Shown here: piece by piece, positions 12,957-26,100 of the stretch
How the letters are laid out: every line of letters begins with the position of its first letter
Position numbering within the stretch: position 1 is the first letter of the stretch
Assembly: GCA_051294905.1 (NCBI GenBank)
Contig: CM119380.1
Span: 20,832,001-20,896,000, forward strand
Length of the DNA stretch: 64,000 bases
Source: Botryllus schlosseri
Lineage: Eukaryota
Reading direction: 5' to 3'
Program-made: the position numbers and the translations under genes
Notes under the pieces: generated by a model
The model's input: only the letters and a program-made list of their open reading frames with translations
Database searches by the model: none
What the model was told of the DNA's origin: nothing

Positions 12957-13975
12957 GCAACGCATACGCCTGCGATGGTGGCAGAACCACACGAAGATGT
13001 GCTGATAACTTCCGTTCATTAGACTAGCTACCTCCAAAAATGACCCGAATTGTTAAAATTCCTAGAAATATCAGCATAATGCATGGTATACCTAGTTGCA
13101 AGAGCAAATTCTGTACAGCTCAACCTCCCATCCCACAACTTCTCAAATCTCAATCAAGCACAACACTTTTCCGGAATCCAGCCTACGGATGCTAAAGGAC
13201 GACGCCTAGTGGACCCAAACGTCCATCACTTATCATTTTTATCACACAAACACAAATACAGGAATAGCACATCGTAACTACGGTGAATATTGTTATTCTA
13301 CAAGAAATGCAATGAAGTGAAAAGGAGAGAGTCGAAACGACTCGGCGAAGTCGATCTACTGTGCATGTGCAGGCATATTTTCTGTGACTTCATCATTGCC
13401 GTCTGTTTGTTATTTTGGTTGGATGAAAATAAAAGACTCTCTTTCCCAAACCTTTGATTAAAATAAACTCCCACCTTCGCCGAACATATATACCATATAT
13501 TGTAATCCGTAAATGAGAACACTTTCTAAAAATCATGAAAGTCAGATTACGCGACCAGAGAACTGCTCAGCGCTCATTCCAAAATTCGTGCTAGAAATCT
13601 TGCTGTATTGACCAAAAAAGTTCGTCTTTCCGTCTCGACTTCCGAATTACCCACTTTTCCACTATACTGCTGTGGTGTTGACCAAATAGAAGGTCACTTT
13701 TCCAGTTGCTACTCCCAAATGACCCACTCCAGAGTCCGCACTACAGATTTCGCGTCATATTTTAGTTCAAGCCTATCCAAAAGGGCAGGACCCTAAATGT
13801 CAGCACATACACCGCACTGCATGTATTGAAAGAACAGATAACTGTATTTGTTACCAGAATAGAAAATATTGTCAAGTTCACAGCTTATGAAGGACCACAA
13901 ATTTCACAGACATTCGGTAGAACAGAGAGATTGTTACAAAGAGAAATTTCACAATCAATTCACTAGTTGTAATTC

Positions 13976-13981
13976 TTTATT
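13976..13981 (-). promoter_or_regulatory. Candidate polyadenylation signal of TRIM37
   Basis: AATAAA on the minus strand about 195 nt after the inferred stop codon at 14175-14177. Confidence 0.4.
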
Positions 13982-14174
13982 CTAAACAAATATTTGCACC
14001 ACTCAGCGCATTACTATGCATGCCTTTACAATATGTAACATAGGAAAATCAAAAATACGTGGCTCTTTAGAAATAATCGGGTAACGAAAAAAATTGTGCT
14101 TTGAAGTAAATGCTTATAAACAGGTTCATTATCACAAATATGGCTGAGAAATGAGCGTGATGAACGGGCATAAA

Positions 14175-17100
14175 TCAAGTATCTTTTCCCGAGTCTTCCT
14201 TTCCCTTCTCGGATTTATCAGCATTTTGCTGGTTTGTAGACGGGTTCTTTGCATTCTGGTCCTTGGTCTTCTTTTCGGGAGAATACTTTGCACTGGAGTA
14301 TAGCAATGCAGAGCCGTTCGCTCCCGCCACGTCGCCTGGATGGAGATAGCTTATTAACAATGTAATTTCTCAACGATACAAGGCCATGTCAAACCCCGCT
14401 GCAAAGTAGAAGTGGGTGAGACCAACGGGAGCAGGGTACGCTACATCTTAAAAATTTGAATACAAGCAGTGTTGTAACCAAGTCACAAGGCTCCGAGTCA
14501 CAAGTCAATCTCACTTTTACAGTTTTGACTCGAGTCAAGTCGAGTCATTTTCAATTGGCCACCGACTCAAACTATAAAATGGTTCGCATTTATAATGTAC
14601 TAATTTTCCCCACTTTTAGCAGTTTCTGGTTACATTTTCAAGTACCAGTACCAATAAACGAAATACCAATAGTGTGGTTACTATACTATACTGCGAAATC
14701 ACAATGAAATGTTGGTCTTGGCCGTCTGAGTCTACAGTCATATGACTTGGTTCGAGTCATGACTCGAGTCATTACAACCCTGAATACGAGACCGGCTGAC
14801 TGAAGTCGAATTGTATTAAGATTCAAGTTTCAGCACAACACACTCAGCTGGGATACTGGAAAACTGCGGTACGTGTGCTTTGTGTGCATGTCAATTTAAC
14901 TATGACAGTGACAGTAATCATCAGTTCATCACTATATCACAATCTAGCAAGTGAAGATATATCATAACAGCCTTGAAATGATGCCGTGATATTATGTACG
15001 AAAACCTCCGACACTTAACTAAAATTGAGCAGAGGTAGAATATAACCACAGACGCAAATAGTAATCAGACGATCGTACCTTCCTGCTTGCAGTATCCACC
15101 TTGCGACAAATCTCCAAAATCGTCACCGAATTCACCGTCACTGCCGAACAAATATGTAATTTAACATCTACAAAAGAATAACCTGACAAATTCTGGCGAA
15201 TAGCTCAGTTCAGCTTATTAATAATCTCAACGTTTCAAAACCACAAAAGCCATGAAAACATAGGCTTATAGTCAAGTCTAGTTTTTGAAACTATTCAAGT
15301 ACTTTTTTCACTGTTTTATTGTCTACTTTCACTCCAAATAACTTTGACATGTCTTGTAAATCTCTGCTTCTACTTGTAATCGCGCAGAAATGTTCGACGT
15401 TACAGCTACTTCAGAAGTGATGCTAATTCGTGTCGCGATTGTCCAGTCCGCTTCGTTTACAAAGACGAGTCTCGTGATTTCGAATGTCATAGCGCCATCG
15501 AATTTTACTATATCATCATCGATTAGAGTAGGGGTTCTTAACCTGGGGCTTATATGAACTTATTGTGGTTAGCAGACTAGTTCCAGGGTTGCATGAAAGG
15601 CCAACATTGAAGCTTTAACTACAAAACTACATTGACCTTGCCTTACGTCTGTTGTCTTATTTTCATTGCTCGCCACAGGTCACAATAGCCACACGGGCGA
15701 TACGAACACTAATAATAATTGTACTCCAATTGGTACAAGAGCGCCACAAGGGCTGAGCAATATCAACTACAAGAATAATTCGATTCTGAATCGAGCGTTA
15801 TGCTTGGAGTCAAGTATTCGAGTATTACTCATTATGACACCTCAGCTGTATGGCTGATGTGGGTTGCTCAACTCAAATATGTACCTTTTATGCGACCACA
15901 GAGTATATAATGACTAGGGCAAGTTTTTGCAACTTTTGCAACTTTTTTTACAGCTTCCGACAGCTTCTAAATACTCGTAAGATATGTAGAATGTTGTTTT
16001 AAGCTGTTTGAAGGAATCTTATAGTGCAACTTTTTGCAACTTTTGTCCACTTATTTTCATGCAACTTTTTGCAACATTTTTCAACTTTTTTGATTTTTCA
16101 TGAAAGTATTTTTGATTTTGGTGAAATACACGGCCAAATTCGACTGAAATACCGTAAATCAGCACTGAAGCAACGCTCTTACGGGTATTTCGGGAGCTGA
16201 GCCGGAAAGTTGACCTTTTTTTTAGTCAAACTGGGAAGTTGAAATTTTTTTTTTGTAGTCAACCGATCAAAATGTGGTCTTTTAGTGCAACTTTTGTGAA
16301 AAAATAAATGCAACTTTTGTCAAAAATAAATGCAACTTTCGACGGATTTAACTGCAACAAAAACTTGCCCTAACAATGACAGTTCACATTCAGGATTATA
16401 TAGTATTTTTCACGAGACTCTTTGGGGTACAGAACTTTAATATACATTTTAATAATATAGTCATGGCAGAAATATATTAAAACCCGAGATAATTTTTTTC
16501 TGCGTCCACACCACCTTTGAGTACACGCTGGTACCATGGTGGGTACTATAATTCTGGTTGATAAATTAACTGTTTCAAAGCCAGGATGGCATATCAGTAC
16601 TCGAAAAATCACCTCTCACTACTTGGCTCGGGTCATATTAGAAATAATACTCGATTGAAATTAGAGTACTCGAATCATTGTGCCCAGCAGTAGCCGTGCC
16701 GATTGCTGGGCGCAAGCACAACCTTCACCAAATTTCGCGAACCACCAAAACGTACCTCGGCAGTAGCGCTCTGCCGGTATTTCCAGCCTCGACTCCCGCG
16801 ATCATAGAATCCGTCAGCGGAAATTCTTCAATGTCCTCCGACGCAGACTCGTTGCCCAGGGGATGTTCCTCCAGCGCCGAATTCGACTGCACCTCTCCTT
16901 TTGAAGCACCCGCCATTTTCGTCTTGTCGCCGGGCGACGTAGCGTTTTCGCTTTTGCCGCCACCGCCAGAAAAACGGCGACTCGGCGGATTGCTACGGTT
17001 GACTGAAGTCGCCCCTTTCACAGTGTCGCGTTCGGTGCTTGACAGCGACGCATCCCTTTGAAAACAATCGATAGTGGTCAGTAATGAACTGCTTTTGCTT

Positions 17101-20100
17101 TTTCGGAACACTCGAGCAGGTTTTGCATACTTATTTGAGCATAGGCCAGTGGTTCTTATACTTTTTAGACCGCGACCCAAATCTGACTTTTAGTGATATC
17201 TCGCGACCCAAGCAACACACACCAAAATGAATGCATTTGGGTGCCGACCAATTATATCAATAACGAAGGGTTTAGCCACCCAGCCACGGTCAATTATCGC
17301 CACCGAACTTTTTGGCACCGCACTTTGCCCAGCCGTATGTTGGCCCAACGCCATATATTCATGTGTCCAAACGTGGACGAGTTTTGGCCTCATAAACCGG
17401 CAACCGCTCGTTGTACAACTCTACACTAAAGCGTCCCAGGTCTCCGACGGTGTTTTCCAGAGAAACCAATGTTGAAAAAATCTTATCATGAATTCAAACC
17501 AATTTGTTTAATACAAAGGTCGGCACATTTTCATGATCAAGTCATGTTGTGGTGGCGACTTCTCCGCGTGTCTCGCTTATTGGCCGTGGTACCAAACTCA
17601 GTGACCTCTGATATGCTCAAACCAACTACAGTAAATCGCGCGAAAAGCGAACATATTTTGTTGTTGCAATGACCTCGAATAATATTACATACATATTAAA
17701 GGACCGCTCTGGTACCGTCGCGACCCAAAATTATACCCTTTGCGACCTATGTTTGGGTCGCGACCCATACTTTAAGAACCCACTGGCATAGGCGCTGGTA
17801 TGATGAGTATACGGGGCATACCTAATAGATCTTTTGGGTGTGCGGCATACTCACAGTACCGTTAGAAACTGCCAAGACTAGCTTGTAAAACGTGCGATTT
17901 AGAAACACACAATGCATCTCCGTTTACATGCTGCTGTTTATGTGAGCTAATTAGCAACACATTGATCGAACGTGAGTAATTAGAAGATGTGACGCGGGAT
18001 GACAGGACCTCGTTCTCAATACTAACGACATGGATTTCTGGACGCGCTGAAAATTTGTTGCTTTCGATCAGCAACAACCATAACTGCACTGCGCACTGCA
18101 ACAACGTGCACCGAGACGTGTATTGATTTGTGTGATTGTTAGTATTTTGATATATGCGCGGTGTATCGGTGAGATTGCGTCTCGCTGGTAATCTGATGTG
18201 CATATAATTTGAATAATTGTTTCCCTTTAGTTATCACTAGGGCGATTTTTTTTCCTAAAAACTGTAGACTTTGATCTTAAAAATCTTAATTTTGACCAAA
18301 TTTGACCTAGCGTATCCAAATTAGGTGTTTTCCCACATAATGTTAGAATTGTGCAACTTATCTTCATTTACGGTTGGAACTGTCTGTCCTTACGAAGTAG
18401 CTTGGCCTGAAAAGAAACTTTTTTGCCTCAAAAACTGACAAACTCTATTTTAACGAAATCTGGCCCTATGAAGATTTCCAGTAGTTACATTACGCATTAT
18501 GGTAGAAATAATTAAAACATTTTGTAGTACAACGAAATATGCTTTCCTACATTCTTGGGTAGAAAGGGTCAGTCCTTACTAAGTAGTTGCCAAGAATTGA
18601 TAAAGAACGTTCAACAGCAGCAGTTGTTGGCTGACAACACTGAAGTAGTGTGTACGTACACTGCTGGTGACAAACCGTATTGCTTCATTCTGGCAATGGT
18701 TTCAACATCACAATTTTTCATCACGTGCTTCTTGATATAAGAACCATGCAATGCTCACGCAGTCTTACTTCAGTTGGGATATGGCGGTACGTTGAGCACA
18801 ACATCATGTCAACCTATTGGTTTCATTTAAATGTTTATAATTCACAATGAGTGAGCAAACAATAGGCCGTCTACAACGGTGGGCCTGTAAAGTAGGCTAC
18901 AAGCTGTAAAATGTCACAAAAAGTTCACCGACAGTGCAAAATCTACGATACAAACGAAATGCAGGTTGCAAAAACTTAGTAAAAAATTTCAACATTCTTT
19001 GACCTAACACTACAATTTTGACCTAATTTTGACTTTTTTTGACATTTAAAAAAAAATTGCCCTAGTTATCACGGTATACCCGTGGAAGCTTCTAATGGTA
19101 TTATATGCATCACATACATCGAAGCTTATCAACACAAGCAAGTTGGTCTAATCCATGTATGATAGGCATTATATGCATGTCTTTGACCCTCGTAAATGGA
19201 TGCTGCATGGTAAATTTGAAAATTTTTCAAACCTTACACAAACGACAGAGTGATTACTAATTAGTGACATCGAAAGCTCGTCAATCCAACAGTAGTCCTG
19301 CTTTGCCATATTGATCTATTGCGGCACACGAAAGAGCACGTCTCACAGCAATTTCGAATATTATGATTTTAGATTACTTCCGCTTCCACGTGACAATTTT
19401 CAGACTTATAATACTTGATTTTAGACCAGTGGTTCTCAACCTGCCGATTCGCCAAGAATATCAGGATTTTATATTTCTCTCTTTGTATCTCTATTTATAA
19501 GTTTGACGCTTGTTCATTAATTAGAGAAAAATGACATGGAAGTTGAGTTGATTGAGAAGTTTGGAGCGTAATTTTATGCATTTCGTCGTAATAGAGAGTA
19601 AATGGTCTACTTAAGCGTACGTCACAATGGTGCAAGTATTGTACAACAATTGCCTTCAACTCGCTTCGGACAAGTTATATGTGAAAGCTACGGAAGACTT
19701 AAACTTCGTTAGAGTACGACAATGCAATTAAGCGACGCAGTATAATAGAGGCTATAGCAAACAGGCAAGTCGCATTTCTATCAAATGTCACCGTATAATC
19801 TCACCAAGTCAGTGGTCTGTAATAGGATTGCACGAGCTTCGCCTTGCAGAAACTTGAATAGAGCCACATACCAACATGTTTTACCGGTCCGGGAGGTCAA
19901 AAAGTTTGAGAACCACTGTCTTAGACTACTTCTAGTGCACAGTTTTCGTTTATTTACGCAAAACTAGGCCTGGAATACCTACTTTTTTACTTACTAGGAT
20001 ATCGCTACTCTACTTGAACTGGAGCAAAAATTTCTGACGTCACTTCTACAACTCGTACTCGAGCACCAAGCATTGCTACTTTGACTGCTTCCTAACTTAC

Positions 20101-23100
20101 ATCGAGGACATTGACGCCAAGACAGCTTCCAATTGACTCGCGGTGATAATCTGCTTGCGATAACAGTTCTTTGAATATTGTTTCCTCGACGAGCTTGGTG
20201 ATACTTGAAAAAAATCCAGTGATCAATCATATCTCTCTCTCTCTCACTGCAGGTAAATTACCATACCTTCCTGTGACTTACATTTCCGGTCCCCCGAAAT
20301 ACCGGGAAACAGACTCGACTTTTCCGGCGGGCCGTCGCTACGACGATTGTGTTGGTACGTCGATTCCCGCGTGGTCTTTGGCCGGGCGCCCGCGTTGATA
20401 CCGGATGCGGATGCTTCTGAATAAACGCGTGTTGGTTTCAAAACACAAGCCCCTGCTGACTGAGTCAGCATTAAAAATCTCACCGACGAAATCTCCACGG
20501 GCCTTGTTGTCCGAACTTGAAGCAGACTGTTTGTCCAAGATAAAGAAGAATTTCAAAAATTTCGGCTCGAAACAAGGTAAAAAACCGATGTGTGCGAACC
20601 TGATTTGTAGTAACATTGCCAGCATTGTTGTGTGAACTCTGTGCCGGATATTCAGCTGGTCTGCCGTTTTCTAAAATAGTTGCAAACAGTGGTTTTCAAC
20701 CGGGGGTCTATGTACCCCTAGGGGTCCGCGAGACCTCCAAACTTGCAAAATGATTGATAGCCTGATTTGCAATATTTCAAATTAGGGACAGGATGAGTTT
20801 TCGCTCCATAACTTCAGGATTCACATCATCACATCCTACCGTGCAAACTCATATTAATTGCAAAATTGCCAAGAGCCTACTGATGCAGACATATTGCTGT
20901 TTAGAGAAAGGCGCTAACAATTGCAATATAGGAGTTTTGAGATATCATTGAATTGATTTACTTTTTGATATTTGGCCATTCTGGGCCTCCCGAGCTAAAC
21001 AGTCATCATCATCATCATCATCATTGGTTTATTAGCAATTTTTATCAGTTCAATACACCACAAAAATGCGATACAATGAAAAGACAGGAAGATGTCGAAG
21101 CGACAAGGAGTAGTCTATGGAATCTGACACCCACCTTGGCCTAGGCGATGTAAAGAGGAGGCATGCACACTGAATGAAAGTAAAGAAGATAGTATAGAAA
21201 AAGAATGCGACAAGAGATCGGGCGGCATGTCATGGGAAGCGAGATCGATAGGTCAGTCGTGGTCCGGTAATCTTGAGGATGGACTGTATTTATTTAGTAG
21301 TAATTGCTTGTATTTCAACTTGAATGTGGACATGTTCGTCGACTGTCGGATGGCCGGCGGGATACTGTTCCACACATCAGGTCCGGCATATTTGATGGAG
21401 CGATGATCTTTTCGGTCGATCATATGATATTTGGACGACGTGGACGCGCGTGTGTTGTACTTGTGCGCTTTTGATTCAGAGGTAAAGAAGTCATTGAAAT
21501 ATTCGGGGCAACGACCGCAGTGAAACTGATACATAAACTTGGCGATTTCTAGTTTCCGCATATCTTCTATGTTTAGGACGCCGAATCTCTTCAGCAGCGA
21601 CTTATTGGATGGGCAGCCAGGACCCTTTGGGGCCCTAGCTATGATTCGGAGTACTTTATGCTGTAGTTTCTGCAGTGGCTTGAGTGCAGTTTTACTGGCA
21701 GCCCCCCAACAGAGGATGCCATAATGTAGCTTCGATTGGATTAAGGATTTAAAGAGTATCAGAAGAACCCATGCTGGCATGAAGCGCCCAAGGCTGTAGA
21801 ACAGGCCGCACTTCGGTGATAATTTAGTTTCTAGGGACTGAATATGACTCTTCCAGGACATGTTCGAGTCCAGTAGAACTCCGAGATATTTGGCATTATC
21901 TGTGTTGGAAACGGGCTGACCAGCGATATTAATGGTTAGGTTATTTTTTGAATTTACTGTCAGCAATTGCGATTTCGAGGCGTTTATGCAAAGGTTGTTC
22001 TGGGCCGTCCACTCATGGACTTTGGGCATTTGGTCACCAGTCAGGGCATCCAGCTCTGCCGTCGAAGATGCGGAAGAGAGGAGGTGAGTATCATCAGCGA
22101 ACAGTGTGGTGTTCAATGAGGAGGTTTCAAAAATGTCGTTGACATATAAGGTGAAAAGGACCGGTCCAAGTACTGAGCCCTGGGGCACATCACAGGTCAC
22201 CGGGTGAGGAGAGGACAAGGTGTCTGAGATCGCAACCATTTGTTGGCGTCCAGTGAGGTAACTTTTCATCAGCTCAAGTTGTGAGCCCCGAAGTCCGTAA
22301 CGCGCCAATTTCGAGATGAGAATTTTATGATCTACGCAGTCAAACGCTTTTTTTAGGTCGAGAAAAATGCTACATCCCACATTTCGCTTCTCTGAGATAT
22401 CATAGTACTGTTCGGCCACTGTTAGGAGGGCATGAGCGGTTTGGTGTTTGTTTCGGAAGCCAAATTGTTGAGGGGAAATGACAGACATTTTGGCGAGGAA
22501 TGAGGACAGGCGGGAGAGGAGCAACTTTTCGAATACTATCCCGATGCATGGGAGAACGGATATTGGACGGTAGTTGGTGACATTAGTTCTATCCCCAGCT
22601 TTGTGTACAGGGACTACTCTGGCTTTTTTTAGGTAGCTTGGGTAGACTCCATTTTCTATCATGAAGTTGAAAAAATGGGCCATATATTGACCGATATGCA
22701 GGCTTATCATTTTTAAAAACCATGATGGGATTTGGTCATAGCCGTCGGCCTTGTGCGATTTCAGTTTGTGGATGGCTACTTCTACTTCGTATTTGGTCGT
22801 AGGTTCAAGCATAATTGACTGGGATATCGATCTCACCTCTGACCTGGCCGACACAGGTTTTGTAATAGAAGAAGCAACATTTGGGCCTACGTTACAAAAA
22901 TATTCATTGAAGTGATTCGCGATGGCCGCCGGGTCTGAAAGTTTGTTTCCGGTATCCGAATTCACAATTTCCGAAACAGACTTATGGCCTTTTTTTCGAT
23001 GTAGGAGAGAGTTAAGTCCTGACCATGTTTTTCGAGTGTCCTTTATGTGTCTGTTGAAAAATCTCTCATTGTACTTTGCTTTTGCCTTGGAAATGAGATG

Positions 23101-26100
23101 CACGGTGCGATTCCTGAAACGTCGAAATCTTTCTCGTTCATGTTCTGGGCAGTTCTTGGTGTCTATTCGGTTATGCCACCGGTTACGTTTACGGATAAGT
23201 TGAATCAGCTTTGTGGTCATCCACGGATTTCGCTTCAATTTTCTTTGACTTCTCGAAAGGCGGTATGATTGTCTCAAAATTTTGCACGCAACTTAAAGCT
23301 CCCCCATGTGAAAAATCACGGTCTCCATGGGACCCAGGGCTCTATTCTATGAGGCTAATTTATCAAGTTGTTGGCAACTATTCGTACTCTTTATTAACAT
23401 CTATATGGCTTCATTTTAATTTCGCAACAACAAAAGTGAGCATCACTGATATAATAACAATATGCTACCAAATTAGACTCAATTCCATCCAGTAAAGGCC
23501 GTGCAATCTTGAATTGAAATTTTCAATTAATTATTAAAAATTAGAAAAAAAAATTCTCAAATTTTTCGGTCAACCCCATGAAATTGTTGAGCTGTCTTCA
23601 AGGACGATGCAAATCCAATTTGAGTCAATTCCGACTAGTCGAAGCAGAACTATTTAAGTTTTTGGTTGATAAATCTCGGATTATCCTTGATCTGGGGATT
23701 ATCAACGGAAAACCCAAATAGTTCTGCTTCTACTAGTCGGAATTCACTCAAATTTGTTTTGCATCGTCTTTGAAGACAGCTCAACAATTTCATGGATTTG
23801 ACAGAAAAATTTGAGAATTTTTTTTTTGAATTTTTAATATTAAATTAAAAATTTCAATTCAAGATTGCACGGCCTTTACTGGTTGGAATTGAGTCAAATT
23901 TGGTGTGCATCGTTTTCTTGAACAACCTGACGATTTAGTCAGTAGGCGAGTGAGAGTTGGAAAAAAAAAGTTTTTTTTCGAACAACCCTAATGCGCATGT
24001 GTCATTGTTTTCGCATGTTCAATTTGTATTTTGTTAACGCTCCCGTTCACAAGCAATAGATATATCTCTCCTCTCTCTCACACACACAAACACACATGCA
24101 ATACAAACAGAAAACGTTCAGCTAACAGTGATTGTTAAGAGTTACCTTGTGTTGAAGAAGTAGAAGTAGCCGTCGAAGTGATACGTGTGTTAGTCAGAGC
24201 CATCGTATTTGCGAGCTCCCGTAATTGATACTGACAAGAAAACGAGGCGTAAAAAATGAAGATTCACAAACGAAGTACCGCGCGAGCACCTTCAAATCCT
24301 TGAACACCGAGCTTTTGGGCGACCAATTCTTCCACGACTCCGATGCCTTATCGTCGGATGCTGAAAAAAACGTAAACGTCAAACCAACGATATAATTTGT
24401 AGAGCCGTTTCCAGTTCAGAATTTACACGCTAACTAAGATCAAATTTGCTTTACTTTCAAATGATAGAATGATTCGTTGACTTTTAAAGTGCTTCTACTT
24501 TTTCAAAGTATGAGAACAGTCTTTGCCTACTTGTGCTAGAGATACTGCTTTCTTTTTCACAAGTTGGCATTTGTAAGGTTCAAAGTAATATTTGGGCGGG
24601 TTTTCATAGCTTTTCGAAGTGAATTTGCCTTAAAAAACCGGCGAATAGTGTCACGAACTAAATGTATATTCATATTGAAATGAACCCGAATATTTTCGGC
24701 GGACACTCGTCAGGAGTAATCGTCACCAACTAGTAGAGAATTGGAAAGAACATTGTACATCAACAAACGTATCACAAAATATGACGTCACCGCTCAATGT
24801 GCCATTTCTGATGGTACACGAACTCCTTCTGTTAGCACAAACTAGGTTGGCATATTTTGATATAAGTCACACTTTCATTTGTGTGCCTCAGCGTCGACTT
24901 TGCAGTTCTTTCCAATTCTCTACTAGTTCCTGACGATTACCCCTGATGAATGTCAGCTGAAAATATTCAGGTTGTCCAATACGAATATATTCTGTACCTC
25001 CAAGAAGCTGTTCAAATGCTTCAAGAACTAAGTAAATTGTAACGTCTCAAGCATAGGCGCCAAACGCTAATTTTTCTTAGGTATGCGGGTTCGATGACGT
25101 CAAAAAGAAATGACGTCATAATGTGACGGACTTGCTAATTTGTCTTAATAAGCATCGATTCATGAGGGTTAAGTACATGCGTAAATGCCGATTATACACT
25201 CTCCTCGTGTTAACGAACTTGCGCGCATAGGCTTGTCAGCGAGTCTGGAAGCTCCGTCCATTAGCGTGATCGCTAGCGAACAATTTAATACGCCACTTAT
25301 CAACGCGCATTACGTAACCTCGGCGACGATATCTGCAGGCAAAATGTCCGAGTTGTTATTGAATCTGTTCTATAATGGCACCGATTTCAGGTTGTTCAAA
25401 CCTTTCTCGTCTTTTACAACTCAAACATAACCACCAGAAGATGTTTGTCAAGGCTCAAGTATTAGCGGAATTCAATCACGCATGCACGGCGCACGCACAA
25501 TCGAACATGTCAGCGGACATTCGATGTCATTCAGTCTGGCGCTAATCGCTAATCAGCATAGCCTACACCTTATACCTAACGGCATTGTCTCCAAGACATC
25601 GAGAGATGGGAGCCGACGTATGCTAGGCTCGAGACGCGATGGTTGGCCAGCGATGATATCTTTCGTACCAGGCCTGTTGCAGATGCGATTGTGTAGGCAT
25701 GCGATGATATCGTGCGCGCCAATTCAGATGCGATAGTGTAGGCTAGCGATGGTAAAGTGTGCACCGGGCCTACTGCTGATGTGATTGTTCAAGCCAGTGA
25801 ACCTAGGCTTGTTGGAGACGCGATAAATCAGGCAAGCGTCCCAATGCGACGATTGCCGAGCGCACGGCAATCAATGACATAATTTCACGATCATCTCAGC
25901 GGGAAATGGCGTCGCGTTACATTGTGCATGTGCACTGTAAGCAGTGTGCACAGACGAATCTCGCTAATTGGCAACACGCTTTTCGTTAATTGGCCTCGCG
26001 CAACGGGTAATCTCGCTCACATAGAAGCAGCAGGCAATATCGTAAACAGAAATACATGGTGATTTGTTCTAAATAACACAATCGGGGGTTCATACCGATA

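Noticed and set aside
16678-17061. 127-aa plus-strand ORF (and similar ones at 3994-4254, 34225-34566, 27226-27501)
   Set aside because: Antisense shadows of GC-richer minus-strand exons.
20953-21144. ORF with a poly-His run
   Set aside because: Poly-His is the reverse complement of the LINE (ATG)n tail.
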